Below, piece after piece: positions 18,773-30,286 of a stretch of 64,000 bases of DNA (its first letter is position 1; the number at the start of each line of letters is the position of its first letter). The position numbers and the translations under genes were made by a program. The stretch spans positions 64,001 through 128,000 of the forward strand of contig CAWGVS010000007.1 in the NCBI GenBank assembly GCA_963826115.1, read 5' to 3'. The stretch is from an uncultured Candidatus Rokubacteria bacterium (GTDB lineage Bacteria > Methylomirabilota > Methylomirabilia > Rokubacteriales > DASRDR01). A model generated the notes under the pieces. The model was not told the DNA's origin, ran no database searches, and was given only the letters and a program-made list of their open reading frames with translations.

Positions 18773-20449
18773 CTAGCCCTCGCTCAGGGGGAGTGAGATG
18801 GTGAACCGGCTCCCCCGGTATGGCTCGCTCTGCACGTGGATCTCGCCGCCGTGGTCCTCGACGATCCGGTGCGCGATCGCGAGCCCGAGCCCGGTTCCCT
18901 GGGGCTTGGTCGTAAAGAATGGCTCGAAGACCTGGGCCAGCTCGGCGGCGCTGATGCCGACGCCGGTGTCCTCGACGGTGATCTCCTGCACGGGCTTGGC
19001 CGAGCCGGCGCCCACGGTTCGGACGCCCACCCGGAGCTCCCCGCCCTGGGGCATCGCCTCGACCGCGTTGAGGCAGAGGTTCCACAGGGCCTGGCGCATC
19101 TGCGAGGGGTCGACGTCCGCCTTCGCCGTCGGCTCGGCCATGTCCCGCCGCATCTGGACCGGCGCCGCGCCCCCGCTCTTGGTGCCCCGCTGGTGCGAGA
19201 GCATCAGCAGGATCTCGTCGAGCATCGCCGGCATGTCGGTGGGGACCCGCACCAGGTGGGGCGGCCGGGAGAACTGGAGGAAGTCCCGGATGATCGCGTC
19301 CAGCCGGTCCGACTCCCGGAGGACGATGTCCATGAGGCGCCGGTCGTCCTCCTGCGGATCGAGACTCCCGCGCAGGACCTCCACCGAGCCGCGAATGGAG
19401 CCGAGGGGATTCCGGATCTCGTGGGCGAGCCCGGCGGCCAGGCGCCCGATGGCCGCCAGGCGGTCCGCCTGCCGCACCTGCTCCTCCATCCGCCTGATCT
19501 CGGTGAGGTCCTGGAAGGAGCAGATCGCGCCGCGGCCGCGGCGGAGGAACGACAGGCTCATGCCGACCGGGATCCGGGAGCCGTCGGGGCGCACGAGGTC
19601 GGCCTCGGAGCGGGTCCGCCGCGCGCTTCCGCCCTCCAGGCTCTCCCACACGCTGGCGAACGGCGACGCGCCGGGGAACAGCGTCTCCCACCGGGCCCCC
19701 CGGAGCTCCATCTCGCGGCGGCCGCACAGGCTCTCGGCGGCCCGGTTGACGGAGGTCACGACCCCTCGGCGGTCGAAGGTCAGGAGCCCGCTCGCGACGC
19801 TCTGGACGATATCCTCGTGGAGGGCGCGCAGGGCCGCGAGGCTCGCCTCGTTGCGATGCGCCTCGCCGCGCGCCTGGCGGAGCCGGCCGGCCAGATAGGT
19901 CCCCAGGTACGCCATCAGGAAGCACGCGCAGAAGTTCGTGCTGATGATCAGGATGGTGAGGCTGCCTTCCATCCCGACGTTGCGCGCCAGCAGGTGGTCC
20001 ACCGCCGGCGGGAGCCAGCGGTAGAACTGGGCGCCCAGCGTCACGCCGTGGAGGAACACCGCGACGGTCGCGACCCCGAAGCTCTCCCGCGGCGCCACGA
20101 TGATGCTGGCCGTGAGGATCGACACGAGATAGAGGAACGGAAAGACACTGTACGGCCCGCCCGTGAGGTAGATCAGGATCGTCGCGAGGACGATGTCCCC
20201 GTAGATCTGGACCTCGGCCAGCCAGACGGGGTTGCGGACGTGCCCGAGGAGCGCGAGGTAGACGGCGGACAAGAGGTATGTCGCCGCGAGAAGCGTCAGG
20301 ACCGGCGGGAGCGGGAACAGGGTCAGGCCGCTGAGGCTCGCCCCGATCAGCGCCGCCGCGAGCAGGGACACGAAACCCGTCCGGCCGTAGACCAGCCAGC
20401 GGACCGTGCCCTGTCCCTCGGGTGGCGTGATCATCCCGCTCCCCACCAC
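18773..20449 (-). CDS. pilS: Sensor histidine kinase PilS
   Basis: Six-TM N-terminus with TGG..SVFPFLY, PAS-like region, AHEIRNPL, HATPase. Confidence 0.88.
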   Translation of the reverse strand: MVGSGMITPPEGQGTVRWLVYGRTGFVSLLAAALIGASLSGLTLFPLPPVLTLLAATYLLSAVYLALLGHVRNPVWLAEVQIYGDIVLATILIYLTGGPYSVFPFLYLVSILTASIIVAPRESFGVATVAVFLHGVTLGAQFYRWLPPAVDHLLARNVGMEGSLTILIISTNFCACFLMAYLGTYLAGRLRQARGEAHRNEASLAALRALHEDIVQSVASGLLTFDRRGVVTSVNRAAESLCGRREMELRGARWETLFPGASPFASVWESLEGGSARRTRSEADLVRPDGSRIPVGMSLSFLRRGRGAICSFQDLTEIRRMEEQVRQADRLAAIGRLAAGLAHEIRNPLGSIRGSVEVLRGSLDPQEDDRRLMDIVLRESDRLDAIIRDFLQFSRPPHLVRVPTDMPAMLDEILLMLSHQRGTKSGGAAPVQMRRDMAEPTAKADVDPSQMRQALWNLCLNAVEAMPQGGELRVGVRTVGAGSAKPVQEITVEDTGVGISAAELAQVFEPFFTTKPQGTGLGLAIAHRIVEDHGGEIHVQSEPYRGSRFTISLPLSEG

Positions 20450-20462
20450 GCCCTGCGGGGCC

Positions 20463-21692
20463 CTACTTGACCAGCGTCACCACCTTGAAGATCGGCAGGT
20501 AGATCGCGATGACGATACCGCCGATCACCACGCCGAGGAACACGATCAGCAGCGGCTCGAGCAAGGCGGTCAAGCCGGAGACCGCCACGTCGACCTCGTC
20601 CTCGTAGTAGTCGGCGACCTTCGCCAGCATGTTGTCGAGCGCGCCGGTCTGCTCGCCGACGATGACCATCTGGACGACCATCGGCGGGAACACCCCGCTG
20701 TCCTTCAGGCGCTCGCCGAGGGTCTGTCCGGCCATGACTCGCTCGCGAGCGGCCATGACCGAGTTCTCGACGACGCGGTTGCCCGCGGTCTTGGCGGTGA
20801 TGCGCAGCGCGTCGATGATCGGCACGCCGCCACCCAGGAGCGCCGACAGGGTGCGCGTGAAGCGGGCGATCGAGATCTTCCGCACCAACGGCCCGAAGAT
20901 CGGGGCCCGGAGCAGGAAGCGGTCGACCGCCAGCCGGCCCGCCACGGTCCGGTACCACATCCGGAAACCGTACATTGCGGCCACCCACGCCGCGATGATG
21001 ATGTACCAGTACCGCACCACCCCGTTGCTGATCGCGATGACGATGCGGGTCGGCAGGGGCAGCGGCACACCGGCGTTCTCGAAGAACGCAGAGAAGATCG
21101 GGATGATGAAGACCATCAGGAACGCCACGACCAGGACCGCGATGGTCATGACGAGGATCGGGTACACGATGGCCATCTGCACGCGGTGCTTCAGCGCCTG
21201 GGCCTTCTCGAGGTACGTGGAGAGCCGCGAGAGCATCGAGTCGAGCACGCCGCCCGTCTCGCCGACGTGCACCAGGTTCACGTACAGCTCGTCGAAGACC
21301 CGCGGGAACCGGCCCAGCGCGTCGGACAGGGTGGACCCCGACTCCACGTCGGACGCGACCTTGGCGATGATGTCCTGGAAGCCCTTCCGCTCCATCTGCA
21401 TGCCCAGCGTCTGAAGGCACTGGACGAGCGGGAGACCGGCCGCGATCATCGTGGCGAACTGCCGGCTGAAGACCGAGATGTCCTTGCCGCGGACGCCGCC
21501 GACGAGCGCCTTGATCCCGGGCAGCTCGTTGAGGGAGAACGAGGCGTTGACACCCCGCTTCACGGCGATGTTCTGGACGACGATCCCCTGCGAGCGGAGC
21601 TGGCGCGCCGCCGCGCGCTCGTCCGGCGCCGTGATCTCCGCCCGGACCTGCCCGCCGCCCGCCGTGACGCCCCGATACGTGAAGTTCGGCAT
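20463..21692 (-). CDS. pilC: Type IV pilus inner-membrane platform protein
   Basis: FSRQFATMIAAGLPL, GETGGVLD, GEQTGALD, LEP motifs. Confidence 0.95.
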   Translation of the reverse strand: MPNFTYRGVTAGGGQVRAEITAPDERAAARQLRSQGIVVQNIAVKRGVNASFSLNELPGIKALVGGVRGKDISVFSRQFATMIAAGLPLVQCLQTLGMQMERKGFQDIIAKVASDVESGSTLSDALGRFPRVFDELYVNLVHVGETGGVLDSMLSRLSTYLEKAQALKHRVQMAIVYPILVMTIAVLVVAFLMVFIIPIFSAFFENAGVPLPLPTRIVIAISNGVVRYWYIIIAAWVAAMYGFRMWYRTVAGRLAVDRFLLRAPIFGPLVRKISIARFTRTLSALLGGGVPIIDALRITAKTAGNRVVENSVMAARERVMAGQTLGERLKDSGVFPPMVVQMVIVGEQTGALDNMLAKVADYYEDEVDVAVSGLTALLEPLLIVFLGVVIGGIVIAIYLPIFKVVTLVK

Positions 21693-21711
21693 GGCTTCCC
21701 CCGTGTCGGCC

Positions 21712-22803
21712 CTAGCGGGCGGCGATCGCCGCCGGCTGGTCCATCATGCGGAGCAGCTCCTCCGGATACGAGCTCCGGGATAGCGCCTCCGGCCGCGAGA
21801 CGTGGCCACGGAGGTACAGGTTCGCGAGCGACTGGTTCATCGTCTGCATCCCGAACTTCTGGCCCGCCTGCATCGCCGAGTAGATCTGGTGGACCTTCTC
21901 CTCGCGGATCATGTTGCGGATCGCGGGGGTGGCGATGAGGATCTCCATCGCGAGCGACCGGCCGCGGCCGTCGCGTCGCGGGATCAGGAGCTGGTTGAAG
22001 ACGGCCTCCAGCACGAGGGCCAGCTGGGCGCGCACCTGGGACTGCTGGTGCGGCGGGAAGACGTCGATGATCCGGTCGATCGACTGGGCGCACGAGTTGG
22101 TGTGCAGCGTCGCGAACGTGAGGTGCCCCGTCTCCGCGATCGTCAGCGCCGCCTGGATCGTCTCGAGGTCGCGCATTTCGCCGATCAGCACGACGTCCGG
22201 GTCCTGCCGCAGCACGTACTTGAGGGCGGCCGGGAACGAGTGGGTGTCGCTCCCCACCTCGCGCTGGTTCACGAGCGCTTTCTGATGCTGGAACAGGTAC
22301 TCCAGCGGGTCCTCGACCGTGACGATGTGGACGTCGCGCTCCCGGTTGATCCGGTCGAGCATGGCCGCCATCGAGGTCGTCTTCCCGTGCCCGGTCGGTC
22401 CCGTGACCAGGATGAGCCCCTTGTGCCGCTGGATCAGCTGGGTGCAGATCTCCATCGGCAGCCCGAGCTCCTGGAAGCTCTTCGGCTGGTGGGGAATGGA
22501 CCGCAGCGCGACGCCCACCGCCCCCCGCTGCCGGTACACGTTGACCCGGTACCGGGAGAGCCCCGTCACCCCGTACGAGAAGTCCAGCTCGTGGTTCGAC
22601 TCGAACCGCTCCCGCTGCTCCGCGTTGATCAGGCTGTACGCGAGAGCCTTCGTCTGCTCCCCGTCGAGCGGCGCGTAGTCCAGGGCCACCAGGTGGCCGT
22701 GGACACGCAGCGTCGGGGCCGCGCCGGCGGTGATATGGAGGTCCGACGCGTTCCTCTCCGCCATCGCGACGAGAAGATCGCGCATCGACACGTTCTGGTT
22801 CAC
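21712..22803 (-). CDS. pilT: Pilus retraction ATPase
   Basis: ASDLH, GPTGHGKTT, LRQDPD, TLHT, AIRNMIRE, GMQT. Confidence 0.95.
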   Translation of the reverse strand: MNQNVSMRDLLVAMAERNASDLHITAGAAPTLRVHGHLVALDYAPLDGEQTKALAYSLINAEQRERFESNHELDFSYGVTGLSRYRVNVYRQRGAVGVALRSIPHQPKSFQELGLPMEICTQLIQRHKGLILVTGPTGHGKTTSMAAMLDRINRERDVHIVTVEDPLEYLFQHQKALVNQREVGSDTHSFPAALKYVLRQDPDVVLIGEMRDLETIQAALTIAETGHLTFATLHTNSCAQSIDRIIDVFPPHQQSQVRAQLALVLEAVFNQLLIPRRDGRGRSLAMEILIATPAIRNMIREEKVHQIYSAMQAGQKFGMQTMNQSLANLYLRGHVSRPEALSRSSYPEELLRMMDQPAAIAAR

Positions 22804-22823
22804 GGCTCTTCCCCCTTTGGCCC

Positions 22824-24527
22824 TCAGTCGGCGAACGTCACGCGGAGAACCTCGTCGATCGTGGTCAGGCCGTTGGCGACCTTCCGGAGCCCGGTCTGGC
22901 GCAGGGTCCGCATCCCGGCCTTCACCGCGATGTCCTTGAGCTCGTTGGCCGGCCGCTGCCGCACGATCGCCTCCTGGAGCTCCGGGAGCATCCACATGAT
23001 CTCGTGGACGGAGATCCGGCCCTTGTACCCGGTATTCGCGCAGGTCGCGCAGCCCTTGCCCGCGTAGACGCGCACCCCCTCGGCCTCCTCGGGGCGGAAG
23101 CCGACGTCGATCAGGGCGGACACCGGCACCTGCACGGGCTCGCGGCACTCGAGGCAGATCCGACGCACGAGGCGCTGAGCGATCACCAGGAGCAACGACG
23201 AGGAGATCAGGAACGGCGGAATGCCCATGTCCTGGAGACGGGTCACGGTGCTCGGCGCGTCGTTGGTGTGGAGCGTCGAGAACACGAGGTGGCCGGTCAG
23301 GGCCGCACGGATCGCGATCTGCGCCGTCTCGAGGTCGCGCATCTCGCCGACCAGGACGACGTCGGGGTCCTGCCGCAGGAAGGCGCGCAGGGCCGCGGAG
23401 AACGTGTAGCCGATGTCCTCACGCACGAGCACCTGATTGACCCCGGCGAGGCTGAACTCGACGGGATCCTCGGCCGTGATGATGTTGATGTCGGGGCTGT
23501 TGATGGTCGCGATGGCCGCGTAGAGCGTCGTGCTCTTGCCGCTGCCCGTCGGCCCCGTCACCAGGATCATGCCGTAGGGCGTCGTGATGGTCTTCTTGAA
23601 CCGCACGAGGTCGTCCTCCTCGAACCCGAGGCGGGTGAGGTCGAGGACGACGGCGCCCTTGTCCAGGACGCGCATGACGATCTTCTCGCCGAAGGTCGTG
23701 GGCAGGGACGAGACGCGCAGGTCGATCTCGCGGTTCTGGAACTTCACCGAGAGCCGGCCGTCCTGGGGGAGGCGCCGCTCCGCGATGTCGAGGTTCGACA
23801 TGATCTTGACGCGCGACAGGATGGCCGCCTCCATCTGCTTGGGCGGGTTCATCATGTCGTGCAGCACGCCGTCGATGCGGTACCGCACCCGGAAGACCTT
23901 CTCGTACGGCTCCAGGTGGATGTCCGACGCGCGCTTCCGGATGGCGTCGGCGATGATCAGGTTGACGAAACGGATCGTCGGGGCTTCTTCCGCCTCGCGC
24001 CCGAGCTCCGCGATGTCGACCTTCATGCCCTTGTCGACCAGCTCGAGGTTCGTGTCGATGCCCGTCGACTCCTGGTCGATCAGCTTCTTGATGTCGTCGA
24101 CGCCCGAGCTGTAGTTGTGGTCGATCGCCGCCCGGATGGCGCTCTCGGCCGCGAGCACCGGAATCACGTGGAGCCCCGTGGCGAACTGCACGTCGTCGAT
24201 CGCGAGGACGACGGTCGGGTCCGAGAGGGCCAGCGTCAGCGTGTTCCCGACCTTGCGGACGGGGAACACCTGGTACTTCTGGACGATCTCCTTGCGCACC
24301 AGGCGCAGGATGTCGGGGTCCACCTCGACCCGGCCCAGGTTGATCACGGGGATGCCGTACTTCCGGCTGAGGAAGTCGAGCAGCTCGTCCTCGGGGATGA
24401 ACCCGAGCCGCGTGAGGACCGTGGCGAGCCGCTCGCCCGAGCGGCGCTGGTCGGCGATGGCCTTGCCGGCCTGGTCCTGGGTGAGGAGGTTCTCCTTGAC
24501 GAGCAGCTCGAGCAGGCGCGGATTCAC
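22824..24527 (-). CDS. pilB: Pilus extension ATPase
   Basis: ASDIHLEP, RLPQDG, GPTGSGKS, Zn motifs CLEC and CATC. Confidence 0.95.
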   Translation of the reverse strand: MNPRLLELLVKENLLTQDQAGKAIADQRRSGERLATVLTRLGFIPEDELLDFLSRKYGIPVINLGRVEVDPDILRLVRKEIVQKYQVFPVRKVGNTLTLALSDPTVVLAIDDVQFATGLHVIPVLAAESAIRAAIDHNYSSGVDDIKKLIDQESTGIDTNLELVDKGMKVDIAELGREAEEAPTIRFVNLIIADAIRKRASDIHLEPYEKVFRVRYRIDGVLHDMMNPPKQMEAAILSRVKIMSNLDIAERRLPQDGRLSVKFQNREIDLRVSSLPTTFGEKIVMRVLDKGAVVLDLTRLGFEEDDLVRFKKTITTPYGMILVTGPTGSGKSTTLYAAIATINSPDINIITAEDPVEFSLAGVNQVLVREDIGYTFSAALRAFLRQDPDVVLVGEMRDLETAQIAIRAALTGHLVFSTLHTNDAPSTVTRLQDMGIPPFLISSSLLLVIAQRLVRRICLECREPVQVPVSALIDVGFRPEEAEGVRVYAGKGCATCANTGYKGRISVHEIMWMLPELQEAIVRQRPANELKDIAVKAGMRTLRQTGLRKVANGLTTIDEVLRVTFAD

Positions 24528-24555
24528 GGCCGGGCGACCTCCTCGGCGAGCCCGG

Positions 24556-24933
24556 TCACGTCCGCGCCTTCGGCGACGCGCCCAGCGTCTCGTTCACGAG
24601 TTCAAGGAAGCGATCCAGGCCCGACCCCTTCTCGAAGAAGGAGACGGCCTTGTGGTGAGCGACCTTTTTGGCAAGGGAATCGCCGACGAGGCCGGTGATC
24701 AGGATCACGGGCAGCTCTCCGCTCGTCCGGCGGATGGCGTCCAGAACGACCAAGCCGTCCATGTCGGGCATCATGATGTCGATCACCGCCAGCTCGGGCG
24801 GAGACTCCTCGAACCGCCGGAGCGCCTCCTGACCGGAGGTCGCCCGGATCACTTGATGGCCCTCGAGTGTCAGGATGTCATCCAGGACATCCAGGACAGC
24901 CGGGGCGTCGTCGGCAACGAGGATGCGTGCCAT
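24556..24933 (-). CDS. Single-domain response regulator
   Basis: ILVADD, VIDIMMPDMDG, ITG, EKG. Confidence 0.88.
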   Translation of the reverse strand: MARILVADDAPAVLDVLDDILTLEGHQVIRATSGQEALRRFEESPPELAVIDIMMPDMDGLVVLDAIRRTSGELPVILITGLVGDSLAKKVAHHKAVSFFEKGSGLDRFLELVNETLGASPKART

Positions 24934-25049
24934 CTCAGGTTCGGCCGGGTGAATTTTGGCAGCCTCGCGGCCAGAACAGGCAAATGTTTGTCATCGGCGA
25001 ACAGTAAGGAGCAAAGGCCGTACCAGTGACGACTGGGGCGTCAGCCGGG

Positions 25050-25595
25050 TCAGCTCGCTCGCCGGGCGCTCGTCAGGCCCAAGAGAGACCCAAACGCGTG
25101 ATAAGCATCGTCCTGGAACAGTACCAGAAGAATGCGCCGGAGGCTCGATTCCTTCGCCTCGGCGAAGTGGGCCCGCACGGCCCCGATCATCGCGACCGCG
25201 CAGTCCTTCGGCTCCACCCGGCCGGCCCCGGTCCCGAACGCCGGGAAGGCGACGCTGTGGAGGCGGAGGTCCTCCGCCCGGCGGAGGGAACTCAGCGTGG
25301 CCTGCCGCACCAGGTCCGCGTTCGACCGCTGGTCGGGCCCCATGATCGCGGCGTGGATGACGTAGTTCGCGGGAAGGTTCCCCGCGGTGGTGACCACGGC
25401 CTCGCCGCCCTCCACGGGTCCCTGCCGCATCGCTTCCTCCTCGACGATCAAGCCCCCCTTGCGCTTGATCGTCGACGCGACGCCCGTGCTCATGGAGAAC
25501 TCGCTGTTGGCGGCGTTGACGATGGCATCGACCTCGCACTCGGTGATGTCACCGCGCTCGAGGTAGATGTCAGCTGGGCCCACCCGAACCTTCAT
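25050..25595 (-). CDS. Macro (ADP-ribose-binding) domain protein
   Basis: GDIT, VDAIVNAAN, VIHA, FPAFGTG. Confidence 0.9.
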   Translation of the reverse strand: MKVRVGPADIYLERGDITECEVDAIVNAANSEFSMSTGVASTIKRKGGLIVEEEAMRQGPVEGGEAVVTTAGNLPANYVIHAAIMGPDQRSNADLVRQATLSSLRRAEDLRLHSVAFPAFGTGAGRVEPKDCAVAMIGAVRAHFAEAKESSLRRILLVLFQDDAYHAFGSLLGLTSARRAS

Positions 25596-25607
25596 CGCAG
25601 TCTCCCC

Positions 25608-26414
25608 TCACACCTTTCGCTGGACCGGTGGCTCCAGAGACTTTGCGTACGACCAGAGGCGCTCGAGCTCGTCGGCCGACAGGCCGGCCAGGTGGCGGCC
25701 CTCGCCCCGGGCGGCCTCTTCCATGGACGCGAAGCGCCGGCCGAACCGGTCAACGGCCGACTGCAGCGCGCCCTCGGGATCCACGTCCGCCAGCCGGGCC
25801 ACGTTGACGACGGAGAACAAGAGGTCCCCGAGCTCTTCCCGGAGGGCCTCGGCGCCGCCCCGGTCCAGCGCTTCGGCGACCTCGCCCAGCTCCTCCCGGA
25901 CCTTCTCGAGCGCCCCCGTCGCGTCCGGCCAGTCGAAGCCCACGCGGGACGCCTTGTGCTGCACGCGTTGGGCACGATGGAGCGCCGGCAGGGCGCGCGG
26001 CACGCCGGCGAGGGCCGATCGCGATCCCTCGTTCTCCTTGTCCTTGATGGCTTCCCACTGGGCCAGCGCCTCGGCGGCGCTGCCGACGGGGCGGTCGCCG
26101 AAGACGTGGGGATGCCGCCGGGTCATCTTGGCGACGAGCGCCGCGACGAGATCGGCCATCGTGAACTCGCCGCGCTCCCGCGCGATCTCCGCGTGGAAGA
26201 CGACCTGGAAGAGAAGGTCGCCGAGCTCCTCGCGGATGCGGCCGGCGTCGCCGGTCTCGAGGGCGTCGAGAACCTCGTAGGTCTCCTCGACGAGGAAGGG
26301 ACGGAGCGATTCGCGGGTTTGCTCTCGATCCCACGGACACCCGCCTTCGCCGCGCAGGCGGGCCATCATCGTCAGCAACTCGAGGAAACGCTGGCCGGCG
26401 TCGGCGCTCGACAT
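25608..26414 (-). CDS. mazG: Nucleoside triphosphate pyrophosphohydrolase
   Basis: GCPWDREQT, EETYE, two EELGDLLF motifs, RRHPHVF. Confidence 0.95.
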   Translation of the reverse strand: MSSADAGQRFLELLTMMARLRGEGGCPWDREQTRESLRPFLVEETYEVLDALETGDAGRIREELGDLLFQVVFHAEIARERGEFTMADLVAALVAKMTRRHPHVFGDRPVGSAAEALAQWEAIKDKENEGSRSALAGVPRALPALHRAQRVQHKASRVGFDWPDATGALEKVREELGEVAEALDRGGAEALREELGDLLFSVVNVARLADVDPEGALQSAVDRFGRRFASMEEAARGEGRHLAGLSADELERLWSYAKSLEPPVQRKV

Positions 26415-26594
26415 CTGAGGCCCCATCGTGGGCGTTCTGCGGGGTCGATGACGGCTGACCGCCGCAGGGCGCGGCCAGTATAGCACGGGCCTCTCGGGAC
26501 GCTCCGCGCTTGTCCGGGGTAGGTTCGTGTGCTAGCGTCAGTTCGCTTCCGGCGGGCTCGGCCCCGAGCCCCGCACTCGAGGGAGGAGCCATCG

Positions 26595-27062
26595 GTGTCC
26601 GAGCGAGAGCCCGATCCCGGTTTCAGCTTCGTGGATCGCCGCCGGCGTGGCGGCGAGGAGGAGTCCGCCCCGTCCCGACCGGCGCCGACGCCCACCCCCG
26701 TGGTGGAGCCGCCGCGTCCCAAGGCCCCGCCGCCGCCGGCCGCCCCGTCGCCACTGGCCGCGCCGGGACCCGGGGCCGCCTCGGGCGGGCCGGCGGGGGC
26801 GCCGAAGGCCGACCTGACGTCCCTGCTGGTGATGCTCTACGGGGACGCCATGGCCAACATGGGGCAGGCCCCGGACCCGGCGACCGGGCGCCCGCACCTC
26901 GACCTGGAGCAGGCGCGGTTCGTGATCGACCTCCTGGCGATGCTCCAGGACAAGACGCGCGGCAACCGGACGCCGGAGGAGGATGCCGTCATGGAGGAGA
27001 TGCTCGGCGCCCTCCGGATGGGCTTCGTCCGGCTGAGCCAGGCGCGGCGCGGAGGGCGCTGA
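26595..27062 (+). CDS. DUF1844-family protein
   Basis: FSFVDRR N-terminus; DLEQARFVIDLLAMLQDKTRGN; GGAGG RBS. Confidence 0.8.
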   Translation: MSEREPDPGFSFVDRRRRGGEEESAPSRPAPTPTPVVEPPRPKAPPPPAAPSPLAAPGPGAASGGPAGAPKADLTSLLVMLYGDAMANMGQAPDPATGRPHLDLEQARFVIDLLAMLQDKTRGNRTPEEDAVMEEMLGALRMGFVRLSQARRGGR

Positions 27063-27069
27063 GAGCTTC

Positions 27070-27723
27070 CTAGCCGGGCGCCCCGTGGCCCGCCCCGCGG
27101 CGCCGCGTATGGATGACGAGGCGCCCGGGCTCGACGTCAACCCGCTCCACGATCCGCGGCATCCGCCAGGTGAGCGCCCGCGGACGCCCACCCATCACGG
27201 TCCAGAGCCACGAGACCGGCACCCACTGCTGGCCGACGGCGGCCGTCTCGGCGAGGAACTCGGCCTGGCCCGTGGCCGACACTGAGATGCGGCCCCGCGC
27301 CGCGACCCAGACCGGATAGTCCGCCAGGGCGCGCGGCGTCAGGCGGGCCATCGTCGATCCCAGCCCCGCCTCGACCAGCCGCCCGAGGGTCGTCAGGCCG
27401 CCCAGTTCCGCGCCGTCCGGATCGATCCGGGCGCGGACCGGCCAGACCGGGGCGTCCCGGACCTCCACATGCTGGGCCAGGAACGCGTTGACCTCGGCGG
27501 CCGAGAGGACCAGGGGGTCCTGGCGTGAACTGAGGCCGGCCTCCCGGAGCAGCAGCTGAGCCACGACGCTCTGGACGTGGATGCTGGCCTGCGGGTCCGG
27601 GGCCGGCGGCGGGCCGTCAGGGAGGGCCAGGGTCCGTCCCAGGAGGGTCATCGCCGCGATCCCGGGCAGGAGGACGGCCAGGACGAGGACGATCCCCCGC
27701 CAGCGGCCCTTACGGCCCCCCAT
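27070..27723 (-). CDS. Hypothetical membrane-anchored protein
   Basis: N-terminal hydrophobic helix, LSAAEVNAFL segment, high-GC3 codon usage. Confidence 0.65.
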   Translation of the reverse strand: MGGRKGRWRGIVLVLAVLLPGIAAMTLLGRTLALPDGPPPAPDPQASIHVQSVVAQLLLREAGLSSRQDPLVLSAAEVNAFLAQHVEVRDAPVWPVRARIDPDGAELGGLTTLGRLVEAGLGSTMARLTPRALADYPVWVAARGRISVSATGQAEFLAETAAVGQQWVPVSWLWTVMGGRPRALTWRMPRIVERVDVEPGRLVIHTRRRGAGHGAPG

Positions 27724-27760
27724 GGCGCCACCATACGGGCTCACCGGCAGAGAGGCAACC

Positions 27761-27813
27761 TTGACATGAGTCATATCAGCTTGTATATGAACTAGAGACT
27801 CAGGTCACTCTGG
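27761..27813 (+). promoter_or_regulatory. Heat-shock operon promoter with degenerate HAIR-like sites
   Basis: TTGACA-N17-TATATG overlapped by CATGAGT-N7-GCTTGTA, plus CTAGAG..CTCTGG; hspR lies in the same operon. Confidence 0.55.
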
Positions 27814-27816
27814 AGG

Positions 27817-28272
27817 ATGGCTTCCATGGATCGATGGCGGATCGAGCGGTTGGACCCCTTCCGAGAGCTGACGGACATGCAGACGGAGATCAACCGGGCG
27901 TTCGACGCCTACTTCGGGCCTCGGACGGCCGCCCCCGAGCGGACCTGGGCGCCCGCGATCGATGTCTACGAGACCCGCGACGATCTGGTCGTGGCAGTCG
28001 AGTTGTCCGGGGTCCGCGAGAAGGACATCCACCTCTCCATGATGGGCGACGTGCTGAGCCTCCGCGGGCAGCGGGGCACCGCCGCGGACGCGCGCGAGGA
28101 GAACTACCACCGCATCGAGCGATGGTCCGGGCCCTTCGAGCGCCACGTCCAACTGCCGATTCCCGTCCAGGCGGACAAGATCCGGGCCAGTTACCGCGAC
28201 GGCGTTCTCGAGATCCGGCTCCCGAAGCTCCCCGAGGTGCGGCCGCGCGAGATCAAGATCGAGGTCGGCTAG
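27817..28272 (+). CDS. Small heat shock protein (Hsp20/alpha-crystallin)
   Basis: [29 protein letters not shown]. Confidence 0.95.
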   Translation: MASMDRWRIERLDPFRELTDMQTEINRAFDAYFGPRTAAPERTWAPAIDVYETRDDLVVAVELSGVREKDIHLSMMGDVLSLRGQRGTAADAREENYHRIERWSGPFERHVQLPIPVQADKIRASYRDGVLEIRLPKLPEVRPREIKIEVG

Positions 28273-28330
28273 GAAGGACACCCCGGGCGTCCCGCGGAGG
28301 GCAGCCCGAATTTCAAGGAGACAGCACGCA

Positions 28331-30253
<1,923 letters not shown>

Positions 30254-30286
30254 CACCGGGACGAGGGCGCCGGCGAGGAGCGACGG

